Notes: generated by a model not told the origin, from the letters alone. Positions 37,801 through 49,944 are shown, counted from the stretch's first letter. The stretch: 64,000 nucleotides of DNA from Lama guanicoe (GCA_013239625.1 MU054117.1:4863514-4927513); one strand, 5' to 3'. Numbers and translations are program-made.

Positions 37801-39234
37801 AACTAACTGGTTCATGTGTCTGAAAGCCAGGACCCAAATGGGAAAGCTTGTGAAACCCTAGATGACTCACCTAGACTGAAATCACGGCAACCCTTGCCCT
37901 GCTCCAGCCCCCACTTGGAACTCTACCCCTGAGTGTGGGCACTGGGCCTGGAATCCAGGTTGAGAGGTTGGGCATGAATTGTGGCCTAAGATTTTGTAGT
38001 TGGAAGGGACCTCCACAGCTGAGGGCCAGGGAAGTAAATGGCCTGCCCAAAAACACGTGGCTGGCTTGGTGGCAGAGCTGAGCGGAGGAGCCTTGGGGCT
38101 CCTTCTACAACCCCAGTGAGCTCTCACCTGCCACCTCCTCCAGAGACTGCTCCTCCCCCTCCCAGAGGAACTGTGTGTCATCTTGACAGCACAGATCACG
38201 CTGGAATTGGAGGGCTATGGACGCTTTGAACATCATCGTCCACAATTCAGCAACCCAACTGGAGATGACCTATCTCTGCCTCAACTTCTGGGATTCTTGG
38301 ATTTTTTTAGCTGCTGGGTTGATTCCCTTGACCCTTGTGGTGCGCCTTCAACAGAGTTTCATGAGATTTAATACCCACCCTGGCCTAGAAGCCCGTGCCT
38401 GGTTGTCAAGCTCACCCTTGTCTCCCTGGTTGTTCAGTGACTGGACAAACCCTCTTGAATCTATTGTTCATCGGTGACACCAGGAAAACCCCCAACCCTG
38501 AGAGAACCTGGAAGGAGTGGTTTATTTTTGCCTTTGATTTGCCAACTGACAAGGACTGAAGATGTTTATAAAGTAGAAACTGCCCTCAGACTCTCACAGA
38601 CACCTGCCATCACCAGTGAGTTGCCAGGAGGATCAGAGCACCGTTTGCCGAGCCAGGTCGGGCAGGAGTGACTATCAAGAAATTTGAGTGCCTCATGCCC
38701 TTTCCAGGGCTGCTCGGGTTCCAGGCTGGTTTTCTTCTCTGGTCTCCTTCTCTTGGCTCAAATTCTCAACAGCTGGGGGTGGAGGGTTTGAAGAATGCTG
38801 CTGACCCGAGCCTCTCCCAACCCCGAAGGACTGGACGTGGTTATCTGGGCTCCTTCCTACTCTGTACCCCAAGTTTTCCCACCCACAGTCCAGGGAAGAA
38901 ACTATGCTCAAGGGACAAGGGGCGGAGACTCCTCAGGCACCAGTGTGGGATGCCCTGCATCCCCCTGACAAATGAAGGTACAGCCAAAGCCAGGGACAGA
39001 GCCAGCAGGACAGCCGTTCTCACCCCTCAGCCCAGCCCAGCCCCGCCCGCTGCTGCTCCTCACCCGCCAGAGCTCTGACAGCCCCACTGTCCTTACCACT
39101 GAGGTGCTGGGCTTGAACTGGAGTTACGAAGGGCACACATGGAGACAGAGGAAAGGTAAGAAAGTGACTAGGAGGAGACAGGAGGGTTGAAACTGAACAG
39201 GGAAAAGATCAGAAGTAAAGCCAGAATCCTACTC

Positions 39235-39787
39235 AGTCTTTTTTCCATTCTCCTTTATTCCATAAACACCTTGTTACAAGTTGCACAAATCAAAAAATAA
39301 AGGGAGAGGAGGGTGCAGGGAAGACTTGTGATATGTAGCGGGTGGGAAGGGAGAAAAGGTTGAGAACCAGTCCTCTCCCTCCACACACAGCCCTAGGCCA
39401 GGGCTACAGTCCCTGCAGCGGGGAATCGGAGGAGGAGGTGGGTGGACCCAGGGTAGCTGAGGGACGGGGGAGGCCCCTAACCCAGGGCTCGCCCCTAAAG
39501 CCCCTTCAATGCATGGCAGGGGTAAAACAGGGAAGGAGAGGAGGTGCAGAGACGGAGATGGAGCAGCAAAGTGAAAAATCAAGTGAGAGGATACAGGAGA
39601 AGTGAAGTCATCATGGTAAGGAGATTAAAGAAGGAAAAACTAGGTAAAGGGGCAGTGAAAGGCTCCCTCTGAGACCCCCAGGGAGAGGTGGGGGCCAGCT
39701 TGCCTGTTAATTTAATATTAAATTGGGAGTGGGAGTTGAAGAGGAAAAGTAATTCCAGGGATGATTTCTCAGCCTCTCAGCCTGTAC
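39235..39787 (-). other. MLF2: MLF2 terminal non-coding (3'UTR) exon
   Basis: Acceptor tttccccctccag| at 39787; upstream donor CTCTCTT|gtaagt at 40152; AATAAA near the 3' end. Confidence 0.75.
39254..39259 (-). terminator. MLF2 polyadenylation signal
   Basis: tttatt is AATAAA on the minus strand at the end of the terminal exon. Confidence 0.75.
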
Positions 39788-39911
39788 CTGGAGGGGGAAA
39801 AGTGATGAGCATAAGTCAAAAAGGAGGCAAAATATAAAACCAGGAGTTGGGTCTAATTCCCCTTGCCGTGAGAGCACTCTTCTCTCTTTCCTTACCAATT
39901 AAAACTTCTCC

Positions 39912-40020
39912 GGGGAGGGTATAGCTCAGTGGTAGAGTGCCTGCTTAGCATGCAGGAGGTCCTGGGTTCAATCCCCAGTACCTCTATTAAAATAAATAAA
40001 TAAACCTAATTATCTCCCCC
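39912..40020 (+). mobile_element. tRNA-Ala-derived SINE (vic-1-like) in MLF2 last intron
   Basis: ggggagggtatagctcagtggtagagtgcctgcttagcatgcaggaggtcctgggttcaatccccagtacctc followed by (aaat)n and aaacctaatt tail. Confidence 0.9.
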
Positions 40021-40176
40021 TACTGCCCAAAAAGCCTTCTATTATCAAAGGCAGCATTTGCTAGGCACTTGGACTGCTGCCTCAGCAAAGGGATGTGCAG
40101 AGTGCACTCCCCACCCCCACAAACACTTTCGTCCCCACCCTCGGTACTTACAAGAGAGGCTGAGGGCTCAGAGCCC

Positions 40177-43060
40177 TCACCAGTCGTAGCGGCGGGACTG
40201 TCGGGAGGGGGAGTCCTCAGGTCCCTGTATCGCCAGGCGGGGAGGTCCCTCAGCCCTTCGTCCTCCACCCGCTGAAGCCTCATGCCTTCGAAATTCCAGA
40301 GGGCGCTGCTGCCGGAACCGAGAAGTCTCCCGCCGCCACTCATCGTCAAATGCTGCGGCCTCACCTGCAGAGGACAGAGAGCAGACCCGTCATCTGAACC
40401 GCCTGGCTGCCGGAGGCGGACACAAGAGCGAGCCGCAAGCTCTAAGCCCCAAAACCAGGGCGAGGGCTGAAAGTCTGTGTGTGGAGGGTGTTGGATGCAG
40501 TGACAGCGATTTATTTGGCAGTTTTGGATTCAACATGGTTCTGGAAGCCACTAGCAGGAACTCAGAACGGGGATAATTAGTTAGTTACGGAGCACAATCC
40601 CATGCATACAGTAAGTAATAAATGTTTGCTGATTTGGAAAAAATAAACACAGAGGAGAAAGAAAAAGACCGGTCCAGATGGGGACGGGCAGATTACTATC
40701 GATATTTGACTTAAGTAACAAAGTCCGCCCTCCCTCGCTGAGGATGCCGCCAGCACCTGACTCAGCCTGAAGCTGACAGAAAGGCTCCAAGTAAGGTCAG
40801 GACACAGGGTGCACCCACCACCTTGCCCAAGAAATATACCTGCTGGTAGAGAAAGCTGCTGTCTCTCAGCTCAAGGGACCGGGACTAAGGGCTACGGGCA
40901 AGGACGCGGGAAGGGTGATGAGTGGGAAGGAAGGCTCACTCTCATCCAGGTTGATATAGTCCTGCCGCTCCTCCTGGTCTCCTGTGCGGTGGTTTCGGGA
41001 GCGCTGGAGGATGTGAGCCCGGTCTCGGATGTGATGCCCAATGGACATCTGCTCTAGTCCACTGTCTGAGTCCCGCACGGTCCTCCGGGTCTCCCGGATC
41101 TGGGGTGAGGCAGAACACACTCAGCGGCTCCTTCCAGAGCCTGGCTATGCCAGCCCCGACACACCGCCCACGACCCAATCCTGAAAAAAGCAGCCAGGTT
41201 TTCTGTGGGTGCCACTCAGTCCTGCCTCCTCTGGGACAGGAGGAGCCTTCAACTCACCCCGCCCGGGGCCGAGCGCATCTCTGATGTCTCTTGGTAGACC
41301 TTGGGGGCACCGTCACCCGTATTGGAGTAGGAGATGACAGTGGAAGAGGAAAAGGTCTGGCAATTGCCTCCAGCCGTCATGTGCTCCTGAGGAGGGGAGG
41401 GAACAGCAGGCTGAACGGGGAGGAGTTCCCCTCCAGACAAGAGACCCCCCCAACCCATCCCCCGCTTCAACTGCCGGTTCCTCCCTGTATCTTTCTCACC
41501 AAATGTGAGAACTGAGAAACCACCAGGACTCCTCATTCCCCGCAAACTCCCCTGAGTCCAGCAATAAACCAGAAGGACCTGAAGAGATGGAGCCTTAATT
41601 GCACATTCACTCAGCACCCCCGTGCCCTCCGGCCCCAGTCGCCTTATCCAGCTGACACACTCTTCCCACTCCCGCCTCCTGGGACTCAAGGTGTAGCCGG
41701 CCATCACCGGGAACCAGGCTGGGTAAGGGGATGGGGCCAGAGTCTCACCATGTTCCCAATCATGTCGTTCATCATCCCAAACATGTCCATGAAGCCACCC
41801 GACTGGAGCAGAGAGATGGAACACAGAGTCAGGGTTATGTTCACAGGTTACTGCGTTCTGGTTCCCACCGGCTACGGGGCCTCACATCCCCTTTCCCCTC
41901 CCTTCACATCCAACAGCTGCTCTTCCTCATTCCTCCTAAACGAGACCCGAGCACAACATGCCTCTCTTCGCGTCTCTTCCTGTGTGCCTGTGTGCCTGTG
42001 TGCCGCCGCCCTCCTCCCCAGGTCTCCAGGGCTGCTCTCATCCCATTTTCCTTCTCCTGGCTGCCCTATTTCCTCCCACCTTTAGGAAGCAAGCCAAAGT
42101 TACATACTCTGCCAGGCAATTACACTTTCCTAATGGGCAAGGCTCCTAGAAGTACAGGAGCCAGTGTGAATTAGCATCTCGAACTTACAGGACTCCTAGC
42201 ACATGGCAGGCCCAGAGCTCTGTGAAGACTGTATGAGGAGTCTAGGGTTATCCATAAGGCTACCCCAGAGAGACACATTTGGAAATAATACCTAAGGGTA
42301 CAGAGCATGCCTGAGATAGAAGGTCACAAGGAGATGAAAACTCACCATTCCCAGCATCCCAAAGGGGGAGACAGCCCCGGTCTACAGAAACACGTAAGGA
42401 ACAGAAATTAGAAACCACATCCTGTCTCATTACTATCCCACACCAAGCCTGTGGCCTCTGCTGCTTTTCCATCCTCCTCTCAAAAGGGGATCACAAAGCT
42501 TGTTTTCCAGACCCCTTCTCTCACTCCTGGAAGGCATTCCACTTGCTAAAGTGGCCATTGTACAAGAAAAATCAAGCACTTTACTAACCGCCCTCCAACC
42601 TTTCTTTGGGTCTCAGGTGTATTGCAGCACCATTACCTGCATCCTGCGGCTGGCAGGCCTGGTCCCTGGCATGTTGCCATCTGTGATGCTGAGGAAGGGG
42701 CTGTATCCAAAGCCACCCGACAACATCTGGTTCATGTGCTGACGGTGAATGGCAAAGGGGTCCCTGTGCAGACAGTGTGCAGAGTGGATGGCAGGAGGGC
42801 CAGCAGTCAAAACCTCCCGCCGCCCCCCACCTCCCCGGAAAGAAAACAGCCATAGGGAGCCAGGGGCACAGATGTCCCCTCCAAGTCTGAGCAGCCACCC
42901 AGTTGCCATCAGTGTCAGCAAAGGGAGCCAAAATATCTTTCTGAACTACTCAGAGACCAGAAGTGCAGCGGATGCCTGCTCTGGAGCACGAGGGGGAGAG
43001 GGTTACTCACATCAGGAACATGGGGTCCTCAGGCTCCACGTCCCTCATGAAGCGAAACAT
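40177..43060 (-). CDS. MLF2: Myeloid leukemia factor 2 (247 aa)
   Basis: Exons 43060-43011, 42763-42637, 42381-42346, 41802-41749, 41386-41258, 41099-40940, 40364-40177 total 744 nt with GT..AG introns. Translation [27 protein letters not shown]...[17 protein letters not shown]...[10 protein letters not shown]. Confidence 0.98.
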
Positions 43061-43359
43061 CCTGACTTTAGCTCCAGGGGGCTCCACACTGTGAAGATGA
43101 GGAGGCTCAGTGTTTGGAGGCGGCCAGGCTTTTTGCACACCCGCACGGAGTCGGGACTTTCAGAGCAAGGCCCCTTCCAAATACTGTAACTGACCCCCTA
43201 AACTCCAATGAGACCCTTCTCCAGGTATTCAGGAGAAGAGCTCGTCAAACCTCTCTCTGAAGGAGGATCATGGAAAAAATTTTCCAAGCCTGTTTTCTGC
43301 CTCCGCCACTCAGAGCCATCCTCTTCCCAAAGCCCTGGCCAGAAGCATACTCCCCCCTC

Positions 43360-44460
43360 CCCCGACGCCACCGTTCCGGATGCGAATCCCAAGTACCGGC
43401 CCTCCGCCCATTAATGACCCCAACCACTCCGCCCATCCTTACACCCGGCCGCAGCCAGGCCTCCCCCGGGCAGGCCTCATCGTCCCTACCGCGCCCGTCG
43501 GCGGCTCCCCGGCCCCTGCCTCCCCACCGGGCAAGCAGGAGAGGCAGGCCTGTCCCGCTCCCCTCCCCGCATCCCAGGCTCCAGGACCCTGCAGCCCCGC
43601 GGGCCGCTCCCGCCCTGGACCGACTGCCCGCTCCGCTCGAGCCTCACCGGTCCCCGATCCGGGCTCAGCAGCCCATCCGGCCGGTCTCGCCTCTTGGTGC
43701 GCGGCAGAATCGGGGCTTGCGGCCCGGGACGCGGGATTGGTCCGGGCGTGAGCTCCTCGGCCTTCCGCGCCGCCTCTTAGCACAGCTGCCACCTCCGTGC
43801 CCCTCCTCGGCCCACGGAGCCCGAACCCTGGCCAGGCCCGGACGGAAGTGACGTCACGATGGGACAGCCCACCCCGGGGCCGGGCCCTCCGAGCTCCGCC
43901 CACCGGCGGGCGTGGGGCGCAGGCGGGCGAGCTGCTGCGCCGGGGGCCCTGGGGCCGCGGGATTCTCCGGGGGCGGTGGGAGGGGAGGGCTCATCAGTGA
44001 CCTGGACTTGGGTCCTGTAAACCGCAGGAGGCTCTCTACGGGTGTGGGGGAGGAGCAGAGGAGTCCATCCCTCGGGAGGGGAGTAAGAGGACGGGGGACA
44101 GATTCCCTTGGAGGAAGGCGGGCTCCCCTTGGGCGACGAGGTGGGGCGGGTCCCTGGGGGAGCATTAAGCAGATTTCTACCCAGGAAGCGTTCAACCCGA
44201 GAGGGAGGAAGGGCTGCAGTTCTGCGGGGGAGGCGCTAGGTCCAGTCCCCTCCGGAGGAGGCGCGTTCCAGGCAGGGGCGGGGTCCTCGGAGTGACGCAG
44301 GGGAGGAGGTGACAGTTCTGCCCAGGTCTTCTGGCTTCGAGAACTCAGGCTGGGGCAAGGAGAAATCTAGGTTGGGGGACAGGCCGCCAGATGGCGCTCT
44401 TCGGCCAGGCTGGAACTGCAGTCCCTTAGGAACTGGCGTTGGAGAGGCCCCCGGACCCCA
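43360..44460. promoter_or_regulatory. MLF2 CpG-island promoter with ETS-CRE composite site
   Basis: CpG-dense; CGGAAGTGACGTCA at 43843-43856; CTCF-like CCGCCAGATGGCGC at 44384-44397. Confidence 0.85.
43648..43810 (-). other. MLF2: MLF2 non-coding first exon (5' end approximate)
   Basis: Donor GACCG|gtgagg at 43648; possible alternative donor GGGT|gtaagg at 43443; exon 2 acceptor cttcacag| at 43088. Confidence 0.7.
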
Positions 44461-45510
44461 CTGCTGTGAAGGGTCAGACTGGGTAGAAGTCCTAGATTTG
44501 AAATCTTTTTATTTAATGCCAATCTCTCCTTTCTTCTCTCCAACTCTTGTATCCTCAAGAGCTCTCAGTCCGCATGGACCTTTCCTGCCTCTAGTCAGGC
44601 AGGTAGGTAGGTCAAAAGTCTAACGTTTGGGAGAAGGGGTGGAGAGCTCTATTAACCAAGATCACCCAGGGGCGGAGTTGAAAAGGGGCCGAGGAGACCT
44701 GACTCTAAGGCTAGAGACTGATACTTTGACATGCTAAATGTCTTGCATAAAATCTGGCCCAACTGGAGAGAAGGGCCCTCCCCGGGGGTGTCAGAGTATT
44801 TGGACAGTCTCAGGTGGACTTTAGACCAGACTCATCCAAACTCCAGCTCTCCTGGTTCTTTACACTGGCCGCTGGCCATGTGAGTGCTCTGTGGGGCCTG
44901 ACAGTGAGAAAGACTTGTTCCCATCCGCAACACTTCCCTGGGGGAGAAGGAGGAGAGGTCCCTGTGACTCAGGAAATAGTAGTGGGAGTGGGGCTTCTTA
45001 GGTTTCTTTGGACTTGATCATTATTAGAGAGAAAAAAAACAATAGTGGAGATAGAGGGGAACAAAGACAGAAATTAGAAGCTGGCAGACTGGCAAAGCCA
45101 AAAAAAGACAACAGCAGAATAAAAGAAAATGTGTTTTCCATTGATATTTCTGGGGAAGAGACTTAGGAAAATCTTTTGTCTTCCAGATGCTCTACCTCTG
45201 GACATCCTGCCATGCAAGTGCCCCTTTTCCTCTTGCACCCAAACCAAAATAGTTTGACATGTGATCAAGGCTTGTCCCAGTGAGAGTTCGGCAGCCCAGA
45301 CTTAACTAAGTGTGGTCCTCACCTTCCAGCCTCTCCCCTGTCATTTTATCGTGTCCAGCCTTCACCAGAGCTGATCAGCTTCTGGCCTCCTCCTTTTGGT
45401 CTTTTTCCATTACCTTGTGTCTGCTACCTACTGCCTTTAGGTGCCTAGAGCTCTTTTTCTTCCTTCCAAAACTTAAGAATCTAATATCAGTCATTCTTAC
45501 CTTTGCATGA

Positions 45511-45651
45511 TTTGATTTGTTTTCTTTTTTGGGGGGGGAATTAGGTTTGTTTGTTTGTGTTTTAAATAGAGGTACTGGGGATTGAACCCAAGACCTTGTG
45601 CATGCTAAGCACCTAAGCGCGTACTCTCCCACTGAGTTATACCCTCCCCAC
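45511..45651 (-). mobile_element. tRNA-Ala-derived SINE (vic-1-like)
   Basis: Family consensus; TSD cctttgcatga at 45500-45510 and 45652-45662. Confidence 0.85.
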
Positions 45652-46519
45652 CCTTTGCATGACTTTAAATCAGTTACCCCTCCTAGGAGTATTTACAACT
45701 ATGAGAAAAAACTCCAAACCTGGGCTTTGTCTCAGGTCAAAAAGAAATCCCTTGAACAGGTGGGGATGAAGGAGATGCCAGAGCTCATTTTCAGATTCCA
45801 CAGTGACTTAACATATAGGCAGCCATCCACTCCAGGAACTGAAAGGATGTAATTTTACGAGTAACTTTTCTGTCCCCTAAACCAGGGTTTGTGTCTGTCT
45901 TCCTCCTCTGTCACTTTCCTTTCCTTTCCCTTCCCACCTTCCCTCACTGTCTCCCTCTCTCCCTGCCTTCCCCTCTCCCCTCCACCCCTACTTCCTTCCT
46001 ACCTTTCTTACATCTCTGTCCAGTGAACACTGATGAACAGGAATTCCTCAGTCACCGAGTGTCCTGTAAATTGTAAGATGTAGGAGGGTGGGTGGCCCTG
46101 CCAGGGGTGAGGCTGGACTCAAGGAGGATAAGGACTGTTGGGAAGAAAGAGAAACAATGGTTCTTATATTCACTGCTTCATCTGATGGAGCCAAAGTCAG
46201 GAAGTCCTTGAGAGAGCAGAGCTGGGCCAGAAAAGGAGCCCTTGTTAGATGTAAGGTCACACATGGGGAACAATCCCAGGGCAGTTGGCAACTGGACCAG
46301 AGCGAGGATGGGGCGATGATGTGGGAGTTAGGGGAGACTGGACTCCAGCCTGAGCCAACATGAATAGGTGTGACTGAGTGTGTGTGCGTATCTGTGCAAG
46401 TGTATTGGGTGAGGGAAGTAAACCCTGACAATTAGCACTACTTTGCCCCAGGTAAAGAGAATGAATTGTACAGTGGACACAGATCAGAGTGAGATTGAAC
46501 AGTGACTCAGAAACATTGT

Positions 46520-46680
46520 TTTGTTTTTAGTTAATTAATTTTTAAGCTTTTTGGGGGAGGGATAGGTAATTAGGCTTATTTATTTATTTATCTATTTATT
46601 TAATGGCGGTAGTAGGGATTGAACCCAGGACTCTGTGCATGCTAAGCACACGCTCTACCACTGAGCTATACCTTCTTCCA
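46520..46680 (-). mobile_element. tRNA-Ala-derived SINE (vic-1-like)
   Basis: Family consensus with (ttta)n tail. Confidence 0.85.
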
Positions 46681-46729
46681 CCAGGAACAGTGTTTTAAAA
46701 CCCACCTTTCCGGTTTGTTTTTATATCCA

Positions 46730-47390
46730 CATCTACTCAACAAGTATTTATTTACTGTGTCAGGTACTGTTCCCCACTATGGAGATACAGTGATATAGAG
46801 AAAAATAAACCAGGGTGGAAGGGGCACAGAGGAACAGGCAAGCAGCTGTGAGGTGGTGGTTGCTTTTTAGGGTGACTAGGGAGGCTTCACTGATGTGATA
46901 TTTAAGCAGAGACCAGAACCAGGTGAGGGATAGCTGGGGTGAGGGCATTCTGGGCAGAGGAAAAAGCAAGTGCAAAGGCCCTGAGGCAGAAGTATGCTTA
47001 AGGTTATTCAAGGAACAACAAAGAAGCCAATATGCCTAGACTGATGTGAATGAAGAGCAGTAGTGAGAGACAAGGTCACAGAGCAAGAAGGAAGCCAGAT
47101 CCTGTGGGATTTTGTATAACTTATAAGAGGACCACTCTGGCTGTTGTGTGAAGAATAGACCACTGGGGGACAGCTGAAACAGAAAGGCCTTTTAGCATGC
47201 TGTACCCATAATCCAGATGAGACTTGATGGTGGCTTAGAGTAGGTTAAAACAGTGGAGGGGAGAGAAGTGGTCAGATTCTACGTATATTTTGAAGATGGA
47301 GTTAACAATTTGCTGATGGGTGGATGCAGTTCAAGGGAGAAGACTCTAGAATGGCTCCAGGGTTTTCTGACCCGGGCAACTGAATGAGAA
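46730..47390. mobile_element. L2 LINE fragment
   Basis: ggcattctgggcagaggaaaaagcaagtgcaaaggccctgagg; ataatccagatgagacttgatggtggcttag; gagaagtggtcagattct. Confidence 0.75.
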
Positions 47391-47678
47391 ACCAATGACC
47401 ATTCTGCTTCCCGCACTGTACTGAGTACCTGCGGGACTAGTGTGAGACTACATGGCAATTGTATCCGGCTGGACGACCCTGACTCTGCTACTGCACGGCG
47501 TAACTGGACAGTCTTATGTTTAGAAGCTAGCCACCCAAAGCAGGAGGACAACAGGAATAAATGAATTCTGTGCCTAGTTCCACCATAAGATATTAGCTGT
47601 TAGGCCCTCTTGGGTAAACTTGCTAATGTTAATGGCGGCCATTAGCATTAGGGTTTTGAATCTTAAGAACTTCCTGTT

Positions 47679-47846
47679 GGGGGGAGGGTGTAGCTCAGTA
47701 GTAGAGTGACTGTTTAGCATGCACTAGGTCCTGGGTTCAATTCCCAGTACCTCCACTAGTAAATAAATAAATAAACCTAATTGCCTACCCCCCCAAAAAA
47801 ATTAAAAAGAAGAAAATATATATATATATTAAAAAAGGAAAAAAAA
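47679..47846 (+). mobile_element. tRNA-Ala-derived SINE (vic-1-like)
   Basis: Family consensus and A-rich tail. Confidence 0.85.
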
Positions 47847-49344
47847 GAATTTTTTGTTGTCCCTTGATCATTTCAAGACTTCCAGAAGGAGGCAGGATGT
47901 CTGGTGATTAACATGGACCTTAAGGATGGAGGTTTGTGCTACCTCTGTGGTAGTTAATGTCGATAAATATTTACTGAGCTCCTACTATGCGCCAGGTATA
48001 GTGCAAGGTTCTGGGGATGAAAAGACAAATAAGACATGGTCTCTGCCCAAGAGCATTCCCAGCCCAGAGGGAGGCATCGAATCAATGAAAATCCTGTGAT
48101 GAAGGCCACCATAGAAAGATGTATATTAAAAGGGCAAAAGTGCGAGGGAGTGGCTTGGGGTGGGGTGGGGCTGGGGAGCCAGGACAGTATTCTAGATGGA
48201 AGGTGTGATTAAGGCAGAGACACAGAGGGAGGCTCCCTCCCTTTGCAAGGAACTATGAGGAGTAAAAAAAAATGCTGAAGCAAAACTTGCGAGGGAACTG
48301 TGGTGAGAGCTGAGGCTACAGAGGTGAAGAGGGGCCAGAGGAGCAAGGGTTGTGTTTGCTTCTGGACTTGATCCTACAGGCCTGGGGAAGCGATCAGAAG
48401 GTTTTATGGAGGGAAATGACAACAATCCATTTGTATTTTAGAGAGAAAGGAAGTTTATGCATTTCAGCAAACATTTCTGAGCTTCTACAATATGCCAGGT
48501 ATGGAGGTAGGTGCTGAAGATACAAAAATTTTAAATCGTGATTGACAACCCAAAGTAATGAAGCTTAAAATCAGTGAGTGATGCTGACCCCTGAAGCCGA
48601 GGCAGGACTGGGCCTGGAGAAAGAGGAGGCACTCAAGAGTCTTTAGCAAGTGAAATGTGAAGGATCTGGGAGGGAAAGAAGAGATGGAGTCTCGGATGAC
48701 CCCTTGGCAGGACTGAATAGGTGGAGGACAGGACCTTTAACTGAAATAGAAAAACGAGAAGAGTTTCTGTTGGAATGTGTGGGGTTGAGGTACTGTGGAG
48801 GGTCCAGGGAGAGAAGGTAGGAGGGAAGTGGAGCCATGACTCGTGCTCAGGAGAAAGGCCAGCACTAGAGGTAGGGTTTGGAGAGTCATCGGTGTTTGAG
48901 GTGTGTGTTGGCAGTGGGATCTGAACCCTAAGGGTTCATGGTGGAGTAACACAGGGAGACTGGAGAGTGAGAAAAGGACCCCTGAGACCTGGGCCACCTG
49001 GAACAGCCATTGCCTCCTTCTGGTTATTAAGTCCTCCCTCCCTCCCCCAGCCTTTTACCCTCTGGGCAAAAGAAGCCTCCAGCTGTCACTGCTGGTCCCC
49101 TCTCCTCTCTGCCTTTCCATTTCACTTTCCTCTCCTCTAGGTCAGCCACATAGTCTGTTTAATCTGTGAAAATGTGGGAATCCTCAACAAACATGCACCT
49201 GTGGTAAAGTATGTGATAACGGTGGCCCAGGGGATCATCCAACACAGCAGCCAAAGATGCTCTGGCCTTTCTATGTACAGAACACTGAGGATGGAGATGG
49301 GAGACGAGGCAGAAAAAGAAGAGGCAGTTTAAGGCCAAGGTCTG

Positions 49345-49870
49345 CAGTGGTGTGGTCCAATATGAGAGCCACTAGGCCCAGGTGGCTATTTAAATTTAAT
49401 TTAAATCGGGGGGGGGTATAGCTCAGCAGCAGAGTACACGCTTTAGCGTGCACAAGGTGCTGGATTCAATCCCCAATACCTCCAGTAAAAAATAAAATAA
49501 AATACAAAAGTAATTAAAAAATACATAAAGAAATCTAATTACTCCCCCCAAAAAAAACAAGAGGGGAGGACATGGCTTAAGCACTACAAGCACATGCTTA
49601 GCATGCATGAGATCTTGGGTTCAATCCCCAGTGCCTCCTCTAAAATTAAATAAGTAAACCTGATTACCTCCCCCCGCCAAAAAATAACAAAAATAATTTA
49701 AAAAACCCCAAAAACATAAATTTAATAAAATCAAATAAAACAAAAAATGCAGTTCCTCCATTGTACTAGCCACATTTCAAGTGTTCAGTAACCACATGTG
49801 GCAAAAGGCCACTGTATTGGAAACTGCATATATAGAACATTCCCATTGTCACAGAAAATTTTATTGGACA
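49345..49870. mobile_element. MER3/MER33-like hAT DNA transposon split by two tandem vic-1-like SINEs (49408-49560, 49561-49715)
   Basis: agccactaggcccaggtggctatttaaatttaa ... ctagccacatttcaagtgttcagtaaccacatgtggc ... ttttattggacag, with two head-to-tail tRNA-derived units in its AT-rich middle. Confidence 0.75.
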
Positions 49871-49944
49871 GAGTCAGGAAGCATCTATAAATGTCATTTT
49901 CCTTCTGGACTTTTTTGAAGCCTGCAAAGACTTTTTTGAAAAGA

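Noticed and set aside
38183..38477. Short ORFs between COPS7A and MLF2 (e.g. MDALNIIVHNS..., 86 aa)
   Set aside because: No recognisable homology, promoter or convincing exon chain; a BLASTX or PhyloCSF check would be needed to revive them.
39912..39986. tRNA-Ala gene call for this and the other tRNA-like copies
   Set aside because: About 14 diverged copies with A-rich tails, a shared non-tRNA 3' motif and, in several cases, TSDs indicate a SINE family rather than tRNA genes.
41249..41824. 191-aa minus ORF as an MLF2 intron-retention isoform
   Set aside because: The intron 41387-41748 is 362 nt, not a multiple of 3, so the upstream exon is out of frame.
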